Assembly (NCBI GenBank): GCA_038209745.1
Contig: JBBQXJ010000018.1
Location: 1-60,948, forward strand
Origin: Verrucomicrobiota bacterium
Lineage (GTDB): Bacteria > Verrucomicrobiota > Verrucomicrobiia > Limisphaerales > CANJSG01
Length of the DNA: 60,948 nt
Direction: 5' to 3'
In this document: positions 29,023 to 37,337 of the stretch, piece by piece
Numbering within the stretch: position 1 is the stretch's first letter
Layout: every line of letters begins with the position of its first letter
Position numbers and translations under genes: made by a program
The notes under the pieces: model-generated
Databases searched by the model: none
Seen by the model: the letters and a program-made list of their open reading frames with translations, nothing else
What the model was told of the DNA's origin: nothing

Positions 29023-32000
29023 ATGATCGAGATCCCGAAGGCCTACGAGCCCCAGTCCGTTGAATCGAAGTGGTATGAGTTCTGGGACCAGAACGGCTGC
29101 TTCACCGCAGATCCCGCCCGCGTATCCGACGCCCGCCCGGCCTATTCCATCGTCATCCCTCCGCCCAACGTCACCGGCGTCCTCACCCTCGGCCACGTCC
29201 TGAACAACACGATCCAGGACATCCTCGCCCGGAAGGCCCGCATGGACGGCAAGGAGGTCCTCTGGCTCCCCGGCACCGACCACGCCGGCATCGCCACCCA
29301 GAACGTCGTCGAGAAGACCCTGAAGAAGGCCGGCGAAATCAAGCACCGCGACGACCTCGGCCGCGAGGCGCTCGTGGCGCGCATCTGGGAGTGGAAGGAG
29401 AAATACGGCGGCATCATCCTCAAGCAGCTTCGCGCGCTCGGCGCCTCCTGTGACTGGACCCGCACCCGCTTCACCATGGACCCGGAGTATTCCCGCTGCG
29501 TCCAGAAGGTCTTCGTCGATCTCTACAAGAAGGGCCTGATCTACCGCGGCAAACGCATGGTCAACTGGTGCCCCGGCTCGCTCACCGCGTTGTCCGACGA
29601 GGAAGTGACCATGAAGGAGCAGAAGGGCTTCATGTACTATTTCCGCGTGGAAGTGGTGGAGCTAGTGGCCCAGCCGGCCTCGGCTGTTGACCCTGCGGGC
29701 GGGGGGGGGCTCAGCACGGACCCAGGCGAGGGCGCCTGTGCCACTAGCCAAACCCTAGCCATCAAGCCCACGGGCATCTTCCTCACCATCGCCACCACCC
29801 GTCCGGAGACCATCCCGGCCGACACCGCCGTGGCGGTGAATCCCAAGGACCCACGCTACCAGCACCTCATCGGCAAACACGTCATCAAGGCGCTGCCACT
29901 GGATGTGCCGAAGGAATTGCGCGTCATCCCGATCATCGCGGATGAACACGTGGACTTCGAGTTCGGCACCGGCGTGCTGAAGGTCACGCCTGCGCACGAC
30001 AAGGCGGACTACGAGATCGGCCTGCGGCACAAGCTGCCGGTCATCGACGTGCTCACGCCGGACGGAAAGATGACGGCCGAAGCCGGCGCCGATCTGGCCG
30101 GACTGGACCGCTTCGTGGCACGCAAGAAATCGGCGGAACTGTTGGAAGCCGCCGGCGCGTTGGAAAAGGCCGAGCCCTACACGAACAACGTGGGTTTCAG
30201 CGAACGCGCCGATGTGCCCATCGAACCGCGCCTGAGCGAGCAATGGTTCCTCAAGTATCCCAGCGTGGAGGCGAGCAAGGCGTGCGTGGTCTCGGGAACG
30301 GGGAGCACAGGCGCCCCGCCTGTTGCCGACCGCGCCCTCGCGGTCGGCGCGGGAGCCGCGCAGGCGGACGGAGCATCGGTTGTCGGAGCGCGTGCCGGAG
30401 TCGAAGGCGGGGCGCCGGGGACGGCGCCCGGGGCGGGCGCGGTCCCCGGCGCGGATGCGATGCGGTTCTATCCGGATCGCTGGGCCAAGGTCTATGACCA
30501 CTGGATGGGCGGCATCCAGGACTGGTGCATCAGCCGCCAGCTCTGGTGGGGGCACCGGATTCCGGTGTGGACGTTGCCGCTACACGTCTCAGGAAATGAA
30601 GTCGCCCAGCAATTGAGAGACTATTTCAAGGAGTGGGGCATCCCAAGTGAGTATGTGTTCATTGAGGTTATCCAATCCAAACCAGACTGCGGAGATACGA
30701 TTCGCTTTCTGACGAGCAGTGATGAGGCCGACGCAGCCTCAGCGAAACTCAACAGCTTTTTTCAGTTCGGTAAGTTTGACGCTTCGCTCCACGAGGGATT
30801 CCCGACGGCGCACGCCAAAGATTTGGCGAGAGCAATAATGGATGGGCCTGCCGCACATCAGGCGACCCAAGACCCCGACGTCCTGGACACTTGGTTCAGC
30901 TCCTGGCTCTGGCCGTTCGCCACGATGGGCTGGACGGGCGACAAATCCCAAGACTCCAAGAACCCAACCCTCCAGGCGTTCTACCCCACGACCGATCTCG
31001 TCACCGGGCCGGACATCATCTTCTTCTGGGTCGCCCGCATGATCATGGCCGGCTACGAGTGGATGGGCGATCTGCCGTTCCGGAACGTCTATTTCACCGG
31101 CATCATCCGCGACAAACAGGGCCGCAAGATGTCGAAGTCGCTCGGCAACTCGCCCGACCCGCTCGATCTCATTTCCCAGTATGGCGCCGACGCGCTGCGC
31201 TTCGGCGTGATGCGCGCCGCGCCGCTCGGCCAGGACGTGCTCTTCGACGAACAGACCGTCGAACTGGGTCGCAACTTCTGCAACAAGCTCTGGAACGCCT
31301 GCCGCTTCCGCCAGATGCAGGGCGGCGCAGGCCTAGTGGCCCAGCCGCCCTCGGCTGAATTGGTAGTGGGGCAGACGCCTTCGTCTGCCTCGGTCCAACA
31401 GGCGCCCCGGCCTGTTGACCCTGAGAATGGAACAGCCGGGGGCGCCTGTGCCACTACGTCGACCGGCGACGACGTCTGCGGCGAGATCGATCCCACGCTC
31501 CTCACCTCGGACGACAAGTGGATCCTGCTCCGGCTCGACCAGGCCATCCGCGAAGTCACCCAGGCCTTCGCCGATTACAAGTTCAGCGACGCCACGGCCA
31601 CGCTCTACCGCTTCTTCTGGAGCGAGTATTGCGACTGGTATGTCGAGGCTTCGAAGGCCGCGTTCTACGGCACGGACGACACCCTCAAGGCCAACAAGCT
31701 GGCGGTGATCGACTTCGTCCTCGGCCATCTGCTGCGCGTCTTCCATCCGTTCCTGCCCTTCATCACCGAAGAGCTGTGGCACAGCATGGGATTCTCCAAG
31801 GAAATGCCCGAAAGCCAGGGCGGCAAGACCATCATGTTCGCCGCGTGGCCCAAGCCTTTCACCGACGAAGAGAAGAGCTACTTCCAGCTGGACGACGCGG
31901 CCGACACGATCGCCCAGGCGAAATACGATCTCGTGGTCCTCGCCCGCGCGCTCAAGCGCGACTGCAACATCGATCCTGCCAAGCGGGTGAAGTTCGTCGT

Positions 32001-32367
32001 GCGACCGGCTGGGCCGATGCCTGCGGCCGAGGTCGAGGTGCTGCGCATCCTGCTCAGCGCCGAGTCGCTGGACGTTGTTGGTTCCGATTGGCAGCCGGAG
32101 AAGGGGACGCCGATGAAGGCCAATGCGCTGGGCGAACTCTACCTGCCGCTGACCGGCTTGATCGACTTCGCCGCCGAGCGGGTGCGATTGACCAAGGAAC
32201 TGGAGAAGATCGCCTCCGAGATCGAGAAGGTGCAGTCCAAGCTGGCCAACCCTAACTTCGCCCAGAAGGTGCCGGCCAAGGTGCTGGAAGAACACCAGCT
32301 GCGCCTCGCCGATTGGCAGGCCAAGGAAGGGCAGATCCAGGCGGCGCTGGCGAGTTTGCCGGAGTAG
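29023..32367 (+). CDS. valS: Valine--tRNA ligase, with four in-frame insertions
   Basis: PPPNVTG, TLGH (HIGH variant), DHAGIATQ, TTRPET, DWCISRQLWWGH, DVLDTWFSS, KMSKS, C-terminal coiled coil. Confidence 0.98.
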   Translation: MIEIPKAYEPQSVESKWYEFWDQNGCFTADPARVSDARPAYSIVIPPPNVTGVLTLGHVLNNTIQDILARKARMDGKEVLWLPGTDHAGIATQNVVEKTLKKAGEIKHRDDLGREALVARIWEWKEKYGGIILKQLRALGASCDWTRTRFTMDPEYSRCVQKVFVDLYKKGLIYRGKRMVNWCPGSLTALSDEEVTMKEQKGFMYYFRVEVVELVAQPASAVDPAGGGGLSTDPGEGACATSQTLAIKPTGIFLTIATTRPETIPADTAVAVNPKDPRYQHLIGKHVIKALPLDVPKELRVIPIIADEHVDFEFGTGVLKVTPAHDKADYEIGLRHKLPVIDVLTPDGKMTAEAGADLAGLDRFVARKKSAELLEAAGALEKAEPYTNNVGFSERADVPIEPRLSEQWFLKYPSVEASKACVVSGTGSTGAPPVADRALAVGAGAAQADGASVVGARAGVEGGAPGTAPGAGAVPGADAMRFYPDRWAKVYDHWMGGIQDWCISRQLWWGHRIPVWTLPLHVSGNEVAQQLRDYFKEWGIPSEYVFIEVIQSKPDCGDTIRFLTSSDEADAASAKLNSFFQFGKFDASLHEGFPTAHAKDLARAIMDGPAAHQATQDPDVLDTWFSSWLWPFATMGWTGDKSQDSKNPTLQAFYPTTDLVTGPDIIFFWVARMIMAGYEWMGDLPFRNVYFTGIIRDKQGRKMSKSLGNSPDPLDLISQYGADALRFGVMRAAPLGQDVLFDEQTVELGRNFCNKLWNACRFRQMQGGAGLVAQPPSAELVVGQTPSSASVQQAPRPVDPENGTAGGACATTSTGDDVCGEIDPTLLTSDDKWILLRLDQAIREVTQAFADYKFSDATATLYRFFWSEYCDWYVEASKAAFYGTDDTLKANKLAVIDFVLGHLLRVFHPFLPFITEELWHSMGFSKEMPESQGGKTIMFAAWPKPFTDEEKSYFQLDDAADTIAQAKYDLVVLARALKRDCNIDPAKRVKFVVRPAGPMPAAEVEVLRILLSAESLDVVGSDWQPEKGTPMKANALGELYLPLTGLIDFAAERVRLTKELEKIASEIEKVQSKLANPNFAQKVPAKVLEEHQLRLADWQAKEGQIQAALASLPE
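29661..29748. repeat. In-frame palindromic element in valS (GTGGCACAGGCG family)
   Basis: Terminal arms gctagtggcccagccggcctcggctg / caggcgagggcgcctgtgccactagc are complementary at 22 of 26 positions. Confidence 0.9.
30300..30447. repeat. In-frame palindromic element in valS (GGGGAGCAC...GTCCCC type)
   Basis: Hairpins acaggcg-ccc-cgcctgt and gccgaccgcg-ccct-cgcggtcggc; encodes an Ala/Gly/Pro-rich insert. Confidence 0.8.
31333..31457. repeat. In-frame compound palindromic element in valS (GTGGCACAGGCG family)
   Basis: Begins ctagtggcccagccgccctcggctg, ends ggcgcctgtgccactac, and shares ctgttgaccctg with the 29661 copy. Confidence 0.9.
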
Positions 32368-32405
32368 GCCTCTCGGACCGTTTGAGAGTCCGGTCTGTCG
32401 GCAGG

Positions 32406-32555
32406 GGTAGCGCGATCGCTCCGGCCGAGCCGTCGTTTGATCTGCTGACGACGGGACCGCAGCTCGGGCGACTCCGGAGCGTTCCGGAGTCGCCCGTGAA
32501 GCCGGCTCGGACCTCATCCGCCCCAAGGCGGCTTGGCCGGAGCCGTCGCCCTACC
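32406..32555. repeat. REPIN-like doublet (GGTAGGGCGACGGCTCCGGCC family) between valS and ileS
   Basis: Inverted arms ggtagcgcgatcgctccggccgagccg / cggcttggccggagccgtcgccctacc; the right arm matches 55946-55970 at 24 of 25 positions. Confidence 0.8.
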
Positions 32556-32624
32556 TGCCGCCTCGTATTTGCCCTTTGATGCCCCGAATAGGGGTTGGTA
32601 GCGTCCGCCCTCCGATTCCGCCGT

Positions 32625-35609
32625 ATGGACTACAAGAACACGCTGAACCTTCCGCAGACCGGCTTCGCCATGAAGGCCGACCTGGTGACCCGCGAACCGC
32701 AGCGCCTCGCCCAGTGGGAGACCGCCGATCTCTACGGCCGCATCCGCGCCGCGCGCGTCGGTCGCGAGAAGTTCGTCCTGCACGACGGCCCGCCCTTCGC
32801 CAACGGCGATGTCCACGTCGGCACCGCGCTGAACAAGATCCTCAAGGACATCATCATCAAGTTCCGCACCCTGGAGGGGATGGACGCGCCCTACGTGCCT
32901 GGCTGGGACTGCCACGGCTTGCCCATCGAGTCCAAGGTCACCCAGGAACTTCGCGCCGCCGGCCACACCGATGCCGACGCGGCCACGATCCGTTCCGCCT
33001 GCGACGCCTATGCGCGCAAATACATCGATCTGCAGCGCGGCCAGTTCAAGCGCCTCGGCGTGCTGGGCGATTGGGAGAATCCCTACCTCACGCTGGACAA
33101 GACCTACGAAGCCGAGGAGCTGCGGATGTTCGCCGACATCGTGGAGAAGGGCTTCGTCTATCGCGGCAAGAAGCCGGTCTATTGGAGCATCCCGTTCAAG
33201 ACCGCGTTGGCCGAGGCCGAGGTGGAATACGCCGACCACGTCAGCCAGAGCGTCTATGTGAAGTTCCCCGTCGTCGGCACGCCCAACACCTGGGTGCTGA
33301 TCTGGACGACGACGCCGTGGACGCTGCCCGCGAACCTCGCCGTCGCCTTCAATCCGCGCCTCTTCTACTCCTGCGTCTCCGGTCCGGACGGCAGCTACTA
33401 CATGGCGAACGATCTGCTCGGAACGGTCAGCGAAAAGCTCGGCTGGTCCGCCTATCAGATCCAGCACACCGCGTCGGCCGCGGAACTGGCCGCGCTGGAA
33501 TACCGCCATCCGTTCTGCGCCCGCACCGGCCAGCTCTTCCCCGCCGACTTCGTGGAGAACAGCACCGGCACCGGCTTCGTCCACATCGCGCCCGGCCACG
33601 GCATGGACGACTACCAGCTCGGTCTGAAGGTCGGCCTGCCGGTCTATTGTCCGGTGAACGACGAAGGCAAACTCGCCCCGACCGACGATTTGCCAGCGGA
33701 TCAGCAATTGCCTGAATCGCTCGTCGGCAAATCCGTTCTTTCCAAAGGCGGCCGTTCCGATGCGAACGACGCCGTGCTGGCGTTGTTGACCGAGAAGAAC
33801 GTCCTCGCCCATCGCGAAGACTATTCCCACAGCTACCCGCACTGCTGGCGCAGCAAGACGCCGATCATCTTCCGCGCGGTCGACCAGTGGTTCATCAAGA
33901 TCGATCACGAAGTCGGATCCCCGATGCTCGATGCCGGATCTGGTATCGGGAACCAGGCATCCGGGATGACGTTCCGGCAAATGGCCCTCTCCGAGATCGA
34001 TCGGGTGAAGTGGATTCCCGACTGGGGCATCAACCGCATCAAGGGCGCCGTGCAGACGCGCCCCGATTGGTGCATCAGCCGCCAGCGCACCTGGGGCGTG
34101 CCCATCCCTGCGTTCTACGACGCGGACAAGACCCCGATCCTCAATGCCGAGATCATCCGCAACGTCGCGAAGCTGATCGAGGAACACGGTTCCAACGTAT
34201 GGTTCGCCAGCTCGTTCGAAGAACTCTGGGCCAAGGTGAAGCCCACCGATTGGACCGGTTCGATGCCTGTCTCCAAGTCGTCCGACACGCTCGACGTGTG
34301 GATTGATTCCGGCAGCTCCAGCCGCGCCGTTCTGATGAAGCGCGAGGAGTTGCAGCATCCTCCGGGCGCCGCGCCCAAGGACACCTGGCAGGCCGACGTC
34401 TACCTCGAGGGCTCCGACCAGCACCGAGGCTGGTTCCAGTCGTCGCTCTTGCTCTCGCTCGCCGGGAATGGCGCCGCGCCCTACAAGACCGTCTTGACGC
34501 ACGGCTTCATGGTGGACGAAGACCGGGAGAAGATCTCCAAGTCCAAGCAGGGGGCCGGCGGCTATCAGAAGCCCCAGACCGCCGACCGTTTCGTCAAAGA
34601 CTACGGCGCCGACGTGATCCGTCTCTGGGTCGCCTCGCAGGACTATCGCAGCGACATCGTGGTCAGCGAGGAACGGCTCAAGAAAGTCGGCGAGACCTAC
34701 CGCAACATCCGCAACTGCCTGCGCTACCAGCTCTCGAACCTCTACGACTTCAATCCAGGCGGAGCGGCCGGCTCTGGCTCTGGTAGTGGCACAGGCGCCC
34801 CCGCCTGTGACCCAGTCCGGCAGGCGCCCCCGCCTGCCGAAGCTACTGCGGGCGGACAGGCCGTTTCCGACGACCAGTTGACCGGATTGGACCGGTGGAT
34901 TCTCGGCGAGTTCGCCGTGTTGGAAGCCGACGTGAAGGCCGCCTACGACGCCTACGAATTCCACATCGTCTATCAGAAGCTCAGCCAGTTCGTCGCGGTG
35001 CAGCTCTCCTCCATCTACCACGATGTGGTGAAGGACCGGCTCTACACCGACGCCGCGAATTCCCCCCGTCGCCGCAGCACCCAGACGGCGCTGCACCGGA
35101 TCATCAGCGGCCTTTGCCAGATGCTGAGCCCGATGCTCGTCTTCACCGCCGACGAAGCCTGGGAAGCGATCCCCGGCAAGCCGACCGCCAGCGTGCACGA
35201 AAGCGAATGGACGCCCTCCGCGCCCGCCAGCACGGAAGCGACCAAGCTCGATTGGCAGACGATCTTCCGCATCCGCGAGCAGGTCCTGCCGGTGCTGGAA
35301 AAGCAGCGTCAGGCGAAGGTCATCGGCAAGTCGCTCGAAGCCGTCGTCTACCTGAACCTCGCGGCCGAGGAACAGGCCATCGGGAGCCGTTTGGCCGCCG
35401 AGCTCACGGAAATATTGAACGTTTCCGCCGTGGTCTTCGGCGCTCGGGCGGCCGGCGACGAATCCACCGATCCGATCGTCGCTCGCCACAGCCAGGAAAC
35501 CGGTCGCGTGAAGTGCGACCGCTGCTGGCATTGGGAGAACGACGTGGGCCAGAACGCGGAGCATCCGACCCTGTGCGGTCGCTGCGTCGTGGCGGTGAAG
35601 TTGAGCTGA
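32625..35609 (+). CDS. ileS: Isoleucine--tRNA ligase (type 1), with two in-frame insertions
   Basis: LHDGPPFANG, HVGT, GWDCHGLPIE, WTTTPWTLP, DWCISRQR, EGSDQHRGWF, KISKS, C-terminal CDRC..CGRC zinc finger. Confidence 0.98.
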   Translation: MDYKNTLNLPQTGFAMKADLVTREPQRLAQWETADLYGRIRAARVGREKFVLHDGPPFANGDVHVGTALNKILKDIIIKFRTLEGMDAPYVPGWDCHGLPIESKVTQELRAAGHTDADAATIRSACDAYARKYIDLQRGQFKRLGVLGDWENPYLTLDKTYEAEELRMFADIVEKGFVYRGKKPVYWSIPFKTALAEAEVEYADHVSQSVYVKFPVVGTPNTWVLIWTTTPWTLPANLAVAFNPRLFYSCVSGPDGSYYMANDLLGTVSEKLGWSAYQIQHTASAAELAALEYRHPFCARTGQLFPADFVENSTGTGFVHIAPGHGMDDYQLGLKVGLPVYCPVNDEGKLAPTDDLPADQQLPESLVGKSVLSKGGRSDANDAVLALLTEKNVLAHREDYSHSYPHCWRSKTPIIFRAVDQWFIKIDHEVGSPMLDAGSGIGNQASGMTFRQMALSEIDRVKWIPDWGINRIKGAVQTRPDWCISRQRTWGVPIPAFYDADKTPILNAEIIRNVAKLIEEHGSNVWFASSFEELWAKVKPTDWTGSMPVSKSSDTLDVWIDSGSSSRAVLMKREELQHPPGAAPKDTWQADVYLEGSDQHRGWFQSSLLLSLAGNGAAPYKTVLTHGFMVDEDREKISKSKQGAGGYQKPQTADRFVKDYGADVIRLWVASQDYRSDIVVSEERLKKVGETYRNIRNCLRYQLSNLYDFNPGGAAGSGSGSGTGAPACDPVRQAPPPAEATAGGQAVSDDQLTGLDRWILGEFAVLEADVKAAYDAYEFHIVYQKLSQFVAVQLSSIYHDVVKDRLYTDAANSPRRRSTQTALHRIISGLCQMLSPMLVFTADEAWEAIPGKPTASVHESEWTPSAPASTEATKLDWQTIFRIREQVLPVLEKQRQAKVIGKSLEAVVYLNLAAEEQAIGSRLAAELTEILNVSAVVFGARAAGDESTDPIVARHSQETGRVKCDRCWHWENDVGQNAEHPTLCGRCVVAVKLS
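34783..34847. repeat. In-frame palindromic element in ileS (GTGGCACAGGCG family)
   Basis: gtagtggcacaggcgccccc is the exact 20-nt reverse complement of 31438-31457 in valS; two caggcg-ccc-cgcctg-type hairpins. Confidence 0.9.
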
Positions 35610-35648
35610 AGCGGGTTCGTTTGCGAAGCGGCGGAGCTTTTGGGGAAG

Positions 35649-35708
35649 GCGTTCTGGAGTCGGACAGGCGCTCGAAAAGCGTCGGAGCGCCGGCTCAGAC
35701 CAGGACGC
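35649..35708. repeat. Degenerate GCGTCTTGGA..TCCAAGACGC family palindrome
   Basis: gcgttctgg ... ccaggacgc arms; resembles the 49565 element. Confidence 0.5.
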
Positions 35709-35783
35709 TGCGCGACGTCGGTGTCGGCCACCCTATCTTCCCGCGTGACGCGTCCGCCTCCCGGTTCCATTGTCCGCCCGCAC

Positions 35784-36197
35784 ATGGATATCCAGATTGC
35801 AGCTTTGTGTGACGCCGCCAGCGACTACGGCGGCAAGCTGTGCGTGCTCGGGGCTTTCGACTCCCTGCTCACGCAGAACTTTCCGGCGCTGCATCCCCAG
35901 TGCGCCATCGCGCTGCGCATCGTCTTCGAGAAGATCGAAGAGGGTCAGCACAAGCTCCGTATCGCGCTGGTGGACGACGACGGCGGCTCCGTCATGCCGC
36001 CGATCGAACTGCCGGTGAACGCCGGGGTGCCGCCGGACGCGTCGTTCGTTTCCCAGAACATCATCGTCAGCATCCAGCAGCTGAAGTTCGAACGGGCTGG
36101 CACCTATTCCATCGAGATCGCGGTCGATGACCGGCACCAGAAAAGCATTCCGCTGGCGGTCCGCCAGTTCGCTCCGCAGCAGTCTCCTCAACCATGA
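35784..36197 (+). CDS. Conserved hypothetical protein (DUF6941-like)
   Basis: LCDAA...GKL..LG.FD and F...G.Y.I motifs; ATGA overlap with holB. Confidence 0.75.
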   Translation: MDIQIAALCDAASDYGGKLCVLGAFDSLLTQNFPALHPQCAIALRIVFEKIEEGQHKLRIALVDDDGGSVMPPIELPVNAGVPPDASFVSQNIIVSIQQLKFERAGTYSIEIAVDDRHQKSIPLAVRQFAPQQSPQP

Positions 36198-37228
36198 CGT
36201 TTGCCGGGCTTCCAGCCGAACAGCAGCAGGCCGCTTCGGTCCTCCAGCGCAGCTTGGAACGGGGACGTCTGGGGCACGCCTACTTGTTCGTTGGCGCGGT
36301 GCAGGAGCCGCTGGAACACGTGGCCGCCGCGCTCGCGGGGACCTTGAACTGCCTCCAACCGGTGCGTCGCGGCCCCGATGGTCCGGCGGTGGATGGCTGT
36401 GGCCAATGTTCCTGCTGCCGGCGCATCGCCGGAGGCAATTTTCCCGACGTCTCCTGGGTGCGTCCGGAGTCCAAGACGCGGATCATCGGGGTGGACCAGA
36501 TCCGGGAGCTCATCCACACGATGAACCTCAAGCCCTCGGAGGGTCGGTTCAAGATCGGGATCATCGCGGGCGCGGACCGGATGCCGGCCGCTGCGGCGAA
36601 CGCCTTTCTCAAGACGCTGGAGGAACCCCCTTCGGGTTCCGTGCTCCTGCTGTTGTCCACGGAGCCGCACCGGCTGCTGGAGACCATCTTGTCCCGCTGT
36701 CTGAGATTGAACGTCGGCGGGGAACGCACGCTCGACGCGGCGGAGATCGAATGGCTCAACGGCTTCGCCCAAAAGGCGCAGCAGGAAGGCGGCGGGCTCT
36801 TCGGGCGCTATCAACTGCTCGAGACGCTCACCCTTCGGCTCGGGGAGATGAAGGAGAAGATCGAGGAACGGCTGACCGCCGCGTCGCCGCTCCAGCGTTT
36901 CGACGATGCCGACAAGAGCCTGCGGGAGAAATGGGAAGAGGAACTCGCGGCCGCCATCGAGGCCGAGTACCGCGGACAAAGGTCCGAGATGCTGGGTCTC
37001 CTCCAGCGCTGGCTGCGCGACGTCTGGATCCACACTTTGCCGTTGGCGGAACGCGACCTGCAGGTGCCGCCTTTGGCCGAAGCCTCGGCCACGGTCGCCC
37101 GTCGGCTCACGCCGCAGAAGGCGCTGGAGAATCTCCAGGCCATCGAGACGCTCCAGCGCACGCTCTTCACGAACGTGCAGGAAGCGTTGGCCTGCGAAGT
37201 GGGTTTCCTGCGGCTGCGCCTTTCGTGA
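36194..37228 (+). CDS. holB: DNA polymerase III subunit delta'
   Basis: HAYLF, C..CG.C.CC zinc site, ANAFLKTLEEP, LLETILSRC. Confidence 0.93.
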   Translation: MTFAGLPAEQQQAASVLQRSLERGRLGHAYLFVGAVQEPLEHVAAALAGTLNCLQPVRRGPDGPAVDGCGQCSCCRRIAGGNFPDVSWVRPESKTRIIGVDQIRELIHTMNLKPSEGRFKIGIIAGADRMPAAAANAFLKTLEEPPSGSVLLLLSTEPHRLLETILSRCLRLNVGGERTLDAAEIEWLNGFAQKAQQEGGGLFGRYQLLETLTLRLGEMKEKIEERLTAASPLQRFDDADKSLREKWEEELAAAIEAEYRGQRSEMLGLLQRWLRDVWIHTLPLAERDLQVPPLAEASATVARRLTPQKALENLQAIETLQRTLFTNVQEALACEVGFLRLRLS

Positions 37229-37337
37229 GCGGGTTGTTTTGATCGCCTCGTTTGACGGCGTCCCGCCGTTGCGGGCACGCTGGGCCATCTTTGCGGGGGA
37301 TGGCGCGCGTTTGCCCTCCGCGCTACTGTTTTTAAAG

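Noticed and set aside
30571..30867. Intein or self-splicing intron in valS
   Set aside because: No Cys/Ser start with His-Asn end followed by C/S/T, no homing endonuclease motif and no recognisable group I/II structure; the frame is open.
32368..32624. T-box leader before ileS
   Set aside because: No T-box consensus found; the structure is explained by the REP doublet.
29185..32830. HIGH motif variants TLGH (ValRS) and HVGT (IleRS), and KISKS, as signs of inactivity or drug resistance
   Set aside because: All other catalytic motifs are intact and such variants occur in functional class I synthetases; the sequence alone cannot support a phenotype.
32514..35564. 1016-aa antisense ORF and similar long shadow ORFs (2125-3966, 6077-8377, 14660-16780, 58243-60021)
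   Set aside because: They mirror well-supported genes on the opposite strand, which is expected from high GC3 bias; no motifs.
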